From Octopus bimaculoides (lineage: Eukaryota), in the NCBI RefSeq assembly GCF_001194135.2, contig NC_068993.1, positions 31,358,609 through 31,399,947 on the forward strand: a stretch of DNA of 41,339 nucleotides, given 5' to 3'. Position 1 is the first letter of the stretch. The number at the start of each line of letters is the position of its first letter. Below the pieces are notes generated by a model, which had not been told where the DNA came from, did not search any database, and was given only the letters and a program-made list of their open reading frames with translations. The position numbers were made by a program, and so were the translations under genes. This document shows positions 1 through 12,599 of the stretch, one piece after another.

Positions 1-307
1 ATATATATATATATATATATATCGGTACGATTAGATGCGCTCAATGCGCGACAATTAAACCACATATTTTTGCTCCAAATTGTCTCCCCTTAAACACCTA
101 CTGTCATATGTATTCACAGAATGTCCATATCTCTGGGACAGCTTTGACGTAATACAAAGAGCAGGCCAATACATTTGTAGAGAAGTGAGCTTGGAAAAAG
201 TTTGGTTATCGTTTTCCAATCGTTGCTTATATCTCAGTATTTGACAACTAGGAAATGCAGCTTACAGGCCAAGCACGGAGCTCTATGCTTGCCCTATTCA
301 CACACTC

Positions 308-312
<5 letters not shown>

Positions 313-340
<28 letters not shown>

Positions 341-380
341 TGTATGTATGTATGTATGTATGTATGTATGTATGTATGTA
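313..380. repeat. (TATG)n microsatellite
   Basis: Perfect tetranucleotide run. Confidence 0.95.
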
Positions 381-559
381 TAAGTGTAACTGGGTATATG
401 ACTACATAGTGCTTTTAGAATAATGTCAAGGAGGTTGATCAGACGATGTGTAGGACAGGCTGGACCAGCTATACTGGCTCTTAGTTTAAGGTCTTTTGAT
501 TGCAGTAATATTATGTATTCACGACCCTGTTCCTTTTAGCGTTCTGTATTTCTTACGAC

Positions 560-2030
560 ATATATTTTGGGTAAGCCATAAGAATTGCTGGATTTCGAGA
601 TGACATCGGTTTGCTGCCATATCTGCCCAAAACAACAGAATCCATTCACTATTAGTTAGTTTTGATTTAACAAACTTATATAAGAACATTTCCCACGATT
701 TGGAACTTACTGTCATAAAATATTGGGTCGAGAAACACAGAGAAGCGATCCCTCGTAGATTTACTGTAATCTTCATACTAAAAGTGGTCAGCCTCATCGT
801 CGAAAACAATACATTCCCCTTCAACGAAAAAAAAACTACCTCCAAATTCGAGGCACAGCTATGGGACGCAATTTGCTCCAGTTTTCGGCAATTCAGTGTT
901 GGGATACTTGGAACAAAACCTATAGATAAAAAAATGAAGAGAACTACGGCATGACCTTCATAAGACATATAGAGGACATATGGAAGAGATACCTCGATGA
1001 TTGTTTCCTTATTTGGACTAAATACGTAGAAAATCTTGAAGAATTCAACATCCTCCTCAACAATCTCAAATTCACAAGAGAAATAAGTGACTCACAATTA
1101 CCATTTCTTGACATAATGGTAATTAAAAACAACACCATAATCCAAACTGATATTTATTACAAAAGTACAGATACACACCAGTACCTACATTTCAAATCAT
1201 GCCCCCCAACATACACAAAACGCAACATCCCGTACTGTCTAGCCAGGAAAATCTCTACTATAGTCGTTGATCCAAATACCGGAAACACACGACTTATAGA
1301 ACACAAAGGATTTCTGCTCAAGTAAAATTACATTCTCTTACTTATAGAAAATAACATACAACGATCAAAAGAGATACCTATAGAATAACTTAGGACAACA
1401 CGAAAAGGACTAATCCATCTAAGGAACGCAATACCAATTCTAGTAATACACAATCCGCTCCGCCAAACCATTTTAAGCATCATCAAAACAAATTTGCCAT
1501 ACATAAAACAAAGTGAAAAATTAAAAAACATAATAACTAATCAAACATTTATCTTAAGCGAAAGGCAACCACATAATCTAAAGAAACTATTAACAAAGGG
1601 AAAATTCAACATGAAAAAAGAGGACAAAACATTCATAGTATTCAGATTCGGAACGTGTCAATACATGCGTGCTCGAAGCTCCATTAGAATAAAAAATAGA
1701 CAGATTTTCGCAAATGCAGATATGAACTGCAAAAGCAAAATATTGATCTACTGCATTAAATGTCCTAATTGCAAGGAACTATATATAGATGAGACAGGGA
1801 ATGCATGATTGTACCGCTCACGAGTCCACCGACAACCGAACACCAATGTTCGCCAAATTCCATTGAGCGAACACATAGAGACATGTGGTCAGAAAAATAT
1901 ATCTAACTTTTCCTTTCCACAAAGTACATGACACAAGTGAGGTTGGAAGAGAAATAAAAGAAAGACGATTTATTAAAATGTTCATACCTGTTCTGAACGG
2001 AAATAACAACAACAATATAACAGCCAGCTA
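560..2030 (+). mobile_element. Decayed Penelope-like retroelement (RT + C-terminal GIY-YIG), Neptune-like; 5'-truncated and frameshifted
   Basis: Fragments LVSFDLTNLYKNISH, WKRYLDDCFLIW, QLPFLD, TDIYYKSTDTHQYLHFKSC (951-1325), ERQPHNLKKLL and NCKSKILIYCIKCPNCKELYIDETG (1494-1808) are PLE RT and GIY-YIG motifs. Clade inferred from the Cys-containing RT-EN linker. Confidence 0.9.
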
Positions 2031-2149
2031 ATGGTGTGGATTAAAAAATATCTTTAACATATGAATATAAACAAATTTCAGAATATAGGTATGCCTGGCA
2101 GACCGTGATATTTAAGTTGCATGCTAATTGGTTAAAACCATATTCTAAA

Positions 2150-2310
2150 AGTTTTCTTCAGGAGTTTTGTTTCGACGAGGAGGTTTTTCCCTCTTTCTCA
2201 AAAGCTGTCATGACTTTCGAGACAGTGCTTCTTGATACACCAAACATTTCGGCTGTTTTCGTTACGCTGGCGCCTGCCATACGAGCACCAATAATTTCAC
2301 CTCATTTTAA
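2150..2310 (-). pseudogene. Tc1-family transposase N-terminal HTH fragment
   Basis: Manual minus-strand translation K*GEIIGARMAGASVTKTAEMFGVSRSTVSKVMTAFEKEGKTSSSKQNS*RK matches the Tc1 paired-like DNA-binding domain; two in-frame stops. Confidence 0.8.
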
Positions 2311-2504
2311 TGAATTTTAATTACCTTCTTCTGATGATAACTGAAAAGAAACAGCAATTTTATCAAAATATATTAAGCAACACTAATAATAAATTTTAAA
2401 AAATAAATAAATAAACAAGCTTTTGATGATTTTATAGATATCTCAAAATTATGATGCTGATACTAGGTGTTTCCATTATTTTGTCCAAACACCTGCATGT
2501 GCAT

Positions 2505-2700
<196 letters not shown>

Positions 2701-3224
2701 CAAACACACGCGTGCACATTATATGACGGCTGCAGTTCGATTTAGAAATGTGATCGTTTGATTCTTTTCTTAGATATTAGCTAAATGCTCTTTACTTTCT
2801 AATCCTAGTCAGGACTTACACTCTTTTGTACAGACGTGGCAAGGCAGCTGTATCTTGCCCTAGATGTTATAATATTGTTTTTGTAAACCTTCATATGACA
2901 GTTTCGTCAACTTCCCGAAACATATTCTGTCCCACAATCCCTACAAATAAAGATGTCGTATAATGCATAATTAACAACTTCCATGCTGGAGTGGCTTCTC
3001 TGATAACTTCTACATCTTTCCTTTCTTAGATATGTCCACACTCTTTACATGTTAAACTGGGCTGCGCAAGTTTACGTTTAAACTATTGCTAGTAATTCTC
3101 CTGATCAGTTCATGCTCGATGCGATTTTGTCCGAATGCCCTCACAAATCATATACAGCTAGATAATATATCTGTGTTGGGAACTTGAACAGTAGAAGTCA
3201 AAATGTATTCAATCGCCTAAATTA

Positions 3225-3350
3225 ATGGAAGAAGTTTCAATTGGAGAGAATACCCAAATTGACTGGAAAGACGCGCTGATGATGGTTGACTACCAAATGA
3301 AATGTAGGAAGGAGGAATTGCGTAGAATATCTTCCTTCTCTTTTGTGTAT
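3225..3350 (+). pseudogene. Degenerate LINE (RTE-like) RT N-terminal fragment
   Basis: GENTQIDWKDALMMVDYQMKCRKEELRRISSFS resembles the IPxDWKDAxIVxIYKxKGDxxxCxNYRGISLLS motif. Confidence 0.45.
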
Positions 3351-3424
3351 GCCTCTGTTGGACAGAGTTCTCACTTTGTGTGTCTGTGTGTGTTTGTATG
3401 TATGAGTGTGTACATGCATGTTTA

Positions 3425-3600
<176 letters not shown>

Positions 3601-3899
3601 TAAAGTGGTGGAGGATGATCACACCTAGCTATCAAGCTCTCCGCTAATAGTGTATTTAAACATCATACAGGTGATATACTGACACTACTAAACTCATCGC
3701 TGTAAACCGTTTAATTTTCTCTCTCGAGCACCAATATATATTTAGAATATGTTTAATACTCGTGACTGTAGCCTGTATGTCAGGAGTACACTACGGCAAA
3801 ATGGAGTCCAGACACTCTCTTATGGTTTGCTATTGCTTGTGTAGCGGTTATAAGCTTTGCACAGAGGCGGTACCATAGCCAATGAGGGTCATCCGAGCC

Positions 3900-4450
3900 G
3901 TGGTTTTTGCAATTTGAAAACTATAAGACTTTAGTAGCAGTATGATGTCATAGTTGTGTAGGTTGTCTTTTGTTTATAAATGTATTATACTTTTTCATTG
4001 GTCAATTTTACTCTCCATACATCGATTCTAACCTTCGTGAAAAGTTTCTTTCCGATGGAGAAAGGTTCTTAGAATCGGGTTTACGGCACTTATAAAAACC
4101 CTGATTTTTGGAAAATTATTCCGTGACTCTCGGTTGCCACTCGAAACCTCGTCACTAATTATGGCAATGCTATTTTGCATTGTTCATTTTTCATGACCTT
4201 ATGTCATGATTTTCTCATCCTTTTTAGAGTCATTTTGAGGAGCTAGTTCAGAAATATTTTCCTCTCGACATTCTTGCGACAGTTTCTTTTAAAACGTTTT
4301 TCTTCATTATAAGTACTGCAATTTTTCGCATCACTATTATGTTGTGACAAATTAATTGTATATATTTTTACTTTCTGTAAATAAATGATTAGTGTTAAAT
4401 CCAGTCCTTCTTCTCTTGATATTATCTGTACAAACTTTCATCGTATGATT
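3900..4450 (-). mobile_element. Possible highly decayed PLE linker/GIY-YIG region
   Basis: Minus-strand fragments IPYNHT, FKRNCRKNVERKI, KNQGFYKCRKP, VL*FSNCKN occur in the order expected after a PLE RT, but similarity is weak. Confidence 0.3.
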
Positions 4451-5089
4451 ATAAGGAAATTATATGCACCTTTATGAAGTTATACTCAAGCCTCTGTCAA
4501 CATGAAAAAATACAGTCAACCCAGTAAGAAGAAACGAAATAATATTTTTAAGGTTAACATGACTTCTTAATTTCACTTCTACAGATATCTCCACCCTGCT
4601 ATCAAAAACACATCTTCTTATCCTATTTAAACTGTCTTATAACCTGCTAGTGAAATGTCGGTATCTACAACATACATGCTGATCGTCACTACGAGTGTAT
4701 ATTACTTCTAGCGTTCTGTCTACGCCTCTAACTTCTCGCAACTAGGTCATTAAGACGCAGCGAATTTTACTTATATATGTACATATAAACGCAGCCTAGC
4801 CTGGGGTTTATAATTAGTGATATTTATATTTACAAGAGTAAACAGATTCGTTGGCTACGACGACAAATCCACAGTCAGTTTTAACTGATAAACCAACATT
4901 TCACCGGCACGCGTTGTATCAGTTTGACAGTCTCTTGCTTAATACAATACGGAACTTGGCCAGACAGAGGTCCTTCTAAGAAACTTTAATGAAGTGAATC
5001 CAGTTAATCAGTCACGAAGCTACTAATACGATGGTATAAGCCGACGGACCTGCGCGTGAATACATATCCATACATATCGGTTATGTCAC

Positions 5090-5580
5090 TCTTCTGTAAC
5101 GGTCATGTAAACAGTATGTCGTCGGGAACTTGATGTTGCTGCTAAAATAATATACATTGCTATTCGCAGAAAAGAGTGCGCTGGGATAAATATAAATAGG
5201 ACCTTTGATATTGGACAGATAAATTGATACCAACATAAAGGATTTAGGGGAATAATCCCAATCAAGACGTCTACCAAATCCGTTCACAACAGGCTTAACA
5301 GCTATTTGGGACAATATAAAAATCATGTAGAACCACTGAGGTTGTTTTGCAGATGTGAACATCTCTTAAAACATCAGTGATGAGAATATCAATGGCTAAC
5401 TACTCTGGTAATAAATTCGTCTTTATATCAATAACCACTGGTTCACTTGGTTACGTTTTAGAAGTAATCTGGAGCAGCTAAGATTTTCATACTAAGAGAC
5501 TGGCAAATTCATTCTTTAGAAATATAAACTGTAAAAGGAATACTAAAATATAGAAGTCTTACTTAAAGTTCGATGTGTAA
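5090..5580 (+). mobile_element. R4/Dong-type non-LTR element, C-terminal restriction-like endonuclease relic
   Basis: Frameshifted fragments DVAAKII, HNRL, AIWDNIKIM, GCFADVNIS, KFVFISITTGSLGYV follow the RHDxVAK...HNRPDIVIWD...SCPADxNI...IPIIVGALG pattern. Confidence 0.6.
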
Positions 5581-5699
5581 ACTTTATCAATGGTGTTCTT
5601 CAAATTTCAGCAATGAAAGTTCTATTTCTTTCTTAGAAACTTCTATCTTCCAGGATAAATTCTAGCATATAAAAAAAAGCTTTAAATACATAGCCAGAT

Positions 5700-5758
5700 A
5701 CATATATACATATAGTCACACACACACAAACACACAGACACGCACACACACAGACACA

Positions 5759-5844
<86 letters not shown>

Positions 5845-5860
5845 TATAAACATATACGCA
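5700..5860. repeat. (CA)n-rich microsatellite
   Basis: Direct reading. Confidence 0.9.
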
Positions 5861-6114
5861 CGGATATGAAAAAGGGGTCCATATGTATATACATACAATA
5901 ATGCATAAATAAATTCATATATAAATCAATATCAATTTCGATGTTCGTTAGTAAATTGCTCCTAGACTACTTTAGTTTAGATTCTCTGTCTTGTAGGAGG
6001 AATTGTCAAGAGATTAAAAAAACAAAAGATGCTAGCAATTGATAGAAAATATGATTCCAGTGTTCTAAGTACAACATTTACAATAGGAAATATTAAATTA
6101 GACACAACAACAAT

Positions 6115-6141
6115 AATACATACATACATACATACATACAT

Positions 6142-6216
<75 letters not shown>

Positions 6217-6345
6217 AGTGTATATGATGTCCATCCACATTTATTTATCATATATATATATATATATACATGCATATTCATATATAATATGAGTAAATAT
6301 ATAGAAGTATATGTGTGTGTGTGTGTGTGTGTGCATGTGCGTGTG
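6115..6345. repeat. Compound (TACA)n/(CA)n/(TA)n/(TG)n microsatellite
   Basis: Direct reading. Confidence 0.9.
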
Positions 6346-7098
6346 TGTATTATTTACAAGTTAAACCGACAAAAAAAGTTATCGATTTTATGTAATTTTC
6401 GTTTTCGTTAAAAACAACTTTGAAGGTTGATTGACTTGATTGTTCTGGTATTTGATTGAATAATGTGATTTGTTGCTGCATTTCGCTTGTATTATACACA
6501 CATACCTAGATACACACACACACTCACACACACACGCATATGTAGTTGGTCTTGTTGTAATTAGGCAATATATTAATTGACAGATTTATGTTTGTGAACA
6601 CTCTCCATTATTAAACACTGCACCACGCATACCACGTATTCATGTGTGTCTATAAGTCTGTCTATATGTGAATGTCTTACATATAAATATATTACATTTA
6701 TAGACTCAAAAGCATACGCACAGATAGAAACAGATTGACATTTTTTTTATTATGTGATACGTAAATATAAATGTGCTCAATGAATCCCGGAACCTTCGTC
6801 TACAACTACGCCGCAAAGAAAAAAAAAATGAAAAAAAAACAAAGCATAAAACTTGTCCGCGGAACCATTTAAAGACATCGTTTTGTTGATTTGCCTATGC
6901 AAGTAATTAAATAACTGCCATTCTAATAAGTGAAGTCTTTTATGCAACACATCCGTTCTTGTCGTAAATGATGCGCAACATTAAAATCATTAGAATACAT
7001 GTATGTGTGTGTGCGCGCACGCGCGTGTTTGTGTGTGTGTGTGTATGTAAGTATGTATATATCTACATACGTATATATATATATATATATATATATAT

Positions 7099-7573
7099 NN
7101 NNNNNNNNNNNNNNNNNNNNNNNNNNNNNNNNNNNNNNNNNNNNNNNNNNNNNNNNNNNNNNNNNNNNNNNNNNNNNNNNNNNNNNNNNNNNNNNNNNNN
7201 NNNNNNNNNNNNNNNNNNNNNNNNNNNNNNNNNNNNNNNNNNNNNNNNNNNNNNNNNNNNNNNNNNNNNNNNNNNNNNNNNNNNNNNNNNNNNNNNNNNN
7301 NNNNNNNNNNNNNNNNNNNNNNNNNNNNNNNNNNNNNNNNNNNNNNNNNNNNNNNNNNNNNNNNNNNNNNNNNNNNNNNNNNNNNNNNNNNNNNNNNNNN
7401 NNNNNNNNNNNNNNNNNNNNNNNNNNNNNNNNNNNNNNNNNNNNNNNNNNNNNNNNNNNNNNNNNNNNNNNNNNNNNNNNNNNNNNNNNNNNNNNNNNNN
7501 NNNNNNNNNNNNNNNNNNNNNNNNNNNNNNNNNNNNNNNNNNNNNNNNNNNNNNNNNNNNNNNNNNNNNNNNN
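7099..7573. other. Assembly gap flanked by (AT)n and (TG)n
   Basis: Run of N. Confidence 1.
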
Positions 7574-7622
<49 letters not shown>

Positions 7623-7929
7623 CTGTGTGTGTGTGTGTGTCTATATATAAATATATATGTATATATGCTTATATACCAAAGCGAGCAACCATATCAACGT
7701 GGCAGTTGAATGATACTACTAGTTTAACCCCAGGCAAATTCTCTGTCAGCTGGTTCTCGGTGCAACGCTCTGCACCTTTTATATACATTACATCGCTAAC
7801 AGGGGGAGCGAACCCTTACTACTCTCCAGCAGCTAACAGGATTGCGGGACTGGCCCAGATTCTAGTTATTTATTATACGTTAGTACTCTATCTCTTCTTG
7901 AGATTTTATAACTATGCTTATATAAATAT

Positions 7930-7970
7930 AAATGTATGTATGCATGTATGTATGAATGTATGTATGTATA

Positions 7971-8017
<47 letters not shown>

Positions 8018-8021
8018 ACAA

Positions 8022-8063
<42 letters not shown>
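7930..8063. repeat. (TATG)n-(TATC)n-(TA)n compound microsatellite
   Basis: Direct reading; abuts the left end of the PLE at 8065. Confidence 0.95.
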
Positions 8064-8064
<1 letters not shown>

Positions 8065-8065
<1 letters not shown>

Positions 8066-11000
8066 GCAAATTTGTTGTTGAAAATGCACCTAAATTTGTT
8101 TTTAAATAGATTTATTTTCATATCTACCAAACTAGTTTCAACAATATTTTTTGCTTACTGATGGTAAAAATTTAGAATTATTAATTAGAAAAGACATGTT
8201 TAAAATTTTCAACGTTGACAAGTTTAAATGGCACCAACCAAATATGAGATGCCACCAATCAAATATGAGATCCCGAAAGTGATAAATCTCTCACATAAAA
8301 CTCTTTCAACCCAACAAATCAAAATTCTCACAAAAGAACTGAAATTCACTCCAACACCACAAAGGTCGAACCTAAATGATATTCAAAACGATATCCAAGA
8401 ATTCTGCAGAAAGCTCCGAGTCACTGAAGAACTGTTCGATAAAGAAACTAATGATCAATTAATACTTTATAATAAAAGTAACTACTGTCCGACAAAAGAA
8501 AGATGTCAAACTCTGGATAACTTTTGTGATTTGGTATACAATTATCCCTACAATTTATTCCCACTTCGAAAATTTAAGATAAATACAAGTCGAGAAAAAT
8601 GGAAAATCATTAAAGATTTGAAGGAAGAGCATGATATAATTATAAAAGAAGCCGATAAAGGGAATGCTGTAGTAACCATGGCCTCAGAAAAATACATAAA
8701 CTGTACCCTAATCCTCCTTCAAGACAATATCTATTACGAAAAAAATCAACGACTACAGTCAATCCAAGATAATGACTAAACTTTCTACCCTTATCCACCA
8801 GTTCCAACAAGGTTTAACGGAACAGGAGAAAGATTACTTGACTAGATTTGCCTGTAAAACCAGCAACCCTTATGAACTACCCAAAATCCACAAAAGTGAA
8901 GCCATAAACGAAGCCTGTAACAAATCAACTTCTGTACTCATAAATATTCCACACCCAAGATATCTCAAAATGAGATCAATTTTGGCCGGTACCTCAGGTG
9001 AGACACACAAACTCAGTAACTTTATTGACGCTTTCCTTAAACCTATTCTCCAACATATACCAAGCTTTATAAGGGATGATCTGGACTTTTGAACCATCTC
9101 CTGAACAAAATCCACAAGGATTCCCTTCTGGTTTCATTCGATGCAACAAACCTCTACACCTCAATTCCTCACGAATACGGAAAATAGCCATACAATATTG
9201 GTTGGAAAAGTTTCCAAATGACATTCCTGACCGAATCGGAAAAGAATTCATCGTTGAAGGAATAAAATTCATCCTACAAAAGAACCTCTTCAACTTCAAC
9301 CAGAACACTTATAGACAGTTATCGAGCACGGCGATGGGCCCTACTTTTTCCAGCCTTGTCATGGCATACTTGGAAGTTCAAATATACGAGCACGAACTTG
9401 CAAAAATATTTACCCATCGAGGTTATGTGGCCACATAAACTTGAACAACTCTTAGAATTTAAAAACTTGTCAACAGCATTAACCGCAGTATCCAGTTTAC
9501 AATGGAATACAGCCACAAACAACTACCCTTCCTTGACATCTTAATCATAAAAAAAAAGATACTGAAATTGAAACCGACACTTTCAAACCAACGGACTCAA
9601 AACAATATCTTCTATTCCCCTCCTGCCACCCAAAACACACTAAAATAAATGTACGGTTCAACTTAGCAAGAAGAATTTACACGATTACATCAATTCCCGA
9701 AACCCGAGAAAAGCGACTCCAAGAACTTTAAAACACATTACTACCCGGGCAGTCTAATTAAAAACGGAATGGAACGTGCAAAAAGGATTGACATCCCTGA
9801 ATTACGGAAAAACAAGAAAACACCATGACACACTTAAAACTTTATTCTACGTATCAACACAATCCGAGGAACATGGAAGCATATAGCATTATCCACCAAA
9901 ACATAGCTCTCCTTATGAAGGACATGCGAATGAAAAAGGCACTGGAAACACATAGGATTATTAAAAGCAAGAGACAAAGCAATCCCTAAAAAAATATTCA
10001 CCAGTGCCAAATTACTCCCAAAAAATACAACCCCACTAGTCAAAAAGTGAAACCGCCCTTACTATGAAACTTGCATCTTCCTCTTAGAGGGCTCAACATA
10101 TAAATTTAAGTCAGGTCAAACTTTTACCATTAAAAATCACTTCACCTGTGCTTCGAAGAACTTATTCTATGTTCTCAAATGTGGAGGGTGTGGTGGAGAC
10201 TACACAGGTCAAACTAGTTTTACCTTGAGGAACAGACTAACGGTGCACAGGCAACAAATCCGGGACCTCACGACCAGGAAAATTCCCGTAAGTAAACCCG
10301 AAATAGCAATTCTTCCCTCTGTATCAATGCACCGGAAACACTTCAACCCAATTCCGTTTAAGTAAGGAACTCATTAGAAAATATAAACCACTGCTGAATA
10401 TCCTTTAGACTGAAGAAAAAACACTCAAGAGAAAAAGGAAAAAAGGCTCAATGTCTCCACAAAAAATAACCAGGCAATTTTTAAAACATTTAGTAACAGT
10501 CTTCTACCTGGGTTTTGAAACCGCAACTTCAGCAAATACAACAAAATGAACCTTTAAGAGAATCAACCATGTAGAACGGCTGATGACCGTTCCCCACATG
10601 GAAGCCAACCAGGCAGAACGACAAACTTAATCACCAGAAAAACAACGTCACCAGTATTTTAACGAATCATAAATCAGATCCGTTCGGGGAAAGAATTATA
10701 AATACACCAGATTCCAAAAGCGAAAATCACTGCACATGACGGAAAGAGTATTACAGAAGCTGTAAACCAAATCCCTTTTTTTTACTATCTTCATTTCTCT
10801 CTTGTTTTTCTCCTTCTTAACGCAGTATCACCGAAACCTTAATATTATTCATTTCTTGTCGACTACTATTAATACTATTGAAACTTGTACATTTAAACAA
10901 GTCTATCAACACTTCTTATATTATTGACTTCTATGAACATTTGAACTTGTCAACATTGAAACTTTTAAACATGTTTTTCTAATTCATAATTCTAAATGTT

Positions 11001-11117
11001 TACCATTCATAAACAAAAAATATTGTTGAAACTGGTTTAGTATATATGTAAATAAATTTATTTTTAAACAGTTACAAATTTTTCAAATTTGGGTACATTT
11101 TCAACAACAAATTTGCC
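8065..11117 (+). mobile_element. Near full-length Penelope-like retroelement (Neptune-like) with inverted terminal repeats
   Basis: ORF pieces 8228-8779 (VINLS, KFTPTP, IIIKEADKGNAVV), 8772-9092 (PYELPKIHKS), 9076-9438 (YRQLSSTAMG); QLPFL near 9520; GIY-YIG near 10130-10290 (FTCASKNLFYVLKCGGCGGDYTGQTSFTLRNRLTVHRQQI). The YLDD segment is deleted near 9420-9440. Ends 8065-8230 and 10938-11117 are reverse complements. Confidence 0.9.
8228..10330 (+). pseudogene. Disrupted PLE RT/GIY-YIG polyprotein ORF
   Basis: Consecutive ORFs in shifting frames with PLE motifs; several frameshifts and stops; catalytic YxDD not found. Confidence 0.85.
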
Positions 11118-11123
11118 TATATT

Positions 11124-11279
11124 NNNNNNNNNNNNNNNNNNNNNNNNNNNNNNNNNNNNNNNNNNNNNNNNNNNNNNNNNNNNNNNNNNNNNNNNNNNNN
11201 NNNNNNNNNNNNNNNNNNNNNNNNNNNNNNNNNNNNNNNNNNNNNNNNNNNNNNNNNNNNNNNNNNNNNNNNNNNNNNN
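11124..11279. other. Assembly gap with AT-repeat edges
   Basis: Run of N. Confidence 1.
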
Positions 11280-11644
11280 ATATATATATATATACAATAA
11301 TCCTTTGAGATCTCAGATATTTTTTCTGAATCTCCCTGATTTTTTAATGTGCTTGTTCCTTGGTATTAAATTGATATTAATTAATATCCAATTTTTTACC
11401 CTATTGTTAAATTTAATTGACCATTACCAAATTCTCAAAGTCGGTATATTCGATGCGGAAACATTTTTCTACGGAGATATTTCCGGATTTAGCGCGCAAA
11501 AACGAAGACTTTTGAATCTTACCATAAATATAATTTAATAGAACCGTATACACGTACTCCACTGTGGCGTACAAATAGTATGCGATCCTGTAAATTGTAT
11601 TTATCTAACGGTCTGGAATGATGAGAAACAGATATTAACGGCTT

Positions 11645-12204
11645 TAAAAAAAAATAACCTGCCAGCGTTCCCTTCAATAGATTTAATGTCAAATGCAATT
11701 TAGAGAAATAGAAGTAGGCGAAAAAAGGAAATTAGCAGAAAATCCAAGAGTAGAGAAATGTAGTGCGATAGATGAATGGGAATAAAGCTTGAAGGCATGG
11801 AAATAGATATATTTAGTGGAAATGAAATGTAAGAAGACAGTTAAAGTTCGAATTTTATAGGTTGGTAGAAATTACTTATAGAAACTGAAGGTATGTTTTT
11901 GCCAATGTTTGCAACGATAAACGCATTCTCTGAGGACATGATTAGATAGAGCCCTTTGTTACATAGTGGACAATCTATAAAATTCGACCTTTAGCTGTCT
12001 TCTTGCATTTCATTTCCACTAAATATATCTATTTCCTTTAAGCTTTATTCTTTAAGCTTTATTCTCATTCATCTATCGCACTACATTTCTCCACTCTTGG
12101 TTTTCTGCTAATTTCTTTCTTTCTCCTTTTCTTTCTCTAAATTGCATTTGACGTTAAATCTACTAACAGTCTAAAAAAAAAATAACTTGTCCGCGTTCCC
12201 TTCA
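11645..12204. repeat. Fold-back structure: ~190 bp inverted arms inside ~32 bp direct repeats
   Basis: 11678-11864 is the imperfect reverse complement of 11971-12162; TAAAAAAAAATAACCTGCCAGCGTTCCCTTCA (11645-11676) recurs as TAAAAAAAAAATAACTTGTCCGCGTTCCCTTCA (12172-12204). Confidence 0.85.
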
Positions 12205-12265
12205 TCATATACGCAGTCATCACTTTCGGTTAAAATGGCGTATTGCTGTGCTTTGTTTCTGTTTT

Positions 12266-12353
12266 TTCCCCTGATGAGAAGATCGCATTCTTTTACATCA
12301 TCTTATCCCCCATGGAATAATATCAGTGTTTTCTTCGAAACATAAGTTGGAAG
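12266..12353 (+). ncRNA. Type I hammerhead ribozyme motif
   Basis: CTGATGA (12271-77), helix II GAAGA/TCTTC around a 49 nt insert, GAAA (12337-40), C-ATAA-G helix III, GTT cleavage triplet; helix I TTCCC/GGAA imperfect. Confidence 0.6.
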
Positions 12354-12599
12354 TATAAAGAGTTGAATAACACCTGCGTTTAACTCCATTTCATAATCAC
12401 TTATACAAATACATTTCACTAAACACTGGAATTTCTACATTTATAAATAGGCTGTAACATCCTAGGTACCTATGTAAATTTTTTCTACCCTGGTAATTAT
12501 TTTTTTTTTTTCGTGTTATTTGTACACATTGAAAAATACACATACATTTATATACACTTCAATCATGTTTCCATATAACCTGCAAATAAAATAGTTACC

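Noticed and set aside
2720-3200. Possible GIY-YIG-like words on the minus strand (CRDCGTEYV, KEHLANI)
   Set aside because: Motif spacing and frames are inconsistent; too weak to call.
3276-3310. CTGATGA-TGGT/ACCA hairpin followed by GAAA
   Set aside because: Three extra bases before GAAA, no helix III or helix I; better explained as a LINE RT fragment.
5334-5378. Hairpin CACTGA...AGATGT-GA-ACATCT...TCAGTG
   Set aside because: Lies inside a decayed R4-type coding relic and lacks an HHR core; probably chance.
10580-10632. CTGATGA-CCGTTC...GAACG-ACAAAC-TTAA-TC in the PLE 3' region, resembling a hammerhead
   Set aside because: GAAA is mutated to CAAA, helix III lacks its G and helix I does not pair; at most a decayed relic.
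10880-10903. GAAAC-TTGT...ACAA-GTC, resembling hammerhead helix III plus cleavage site
   Set aside because: No intact CUGANGA upstream (CTTGTCGA at best) and no helix I.
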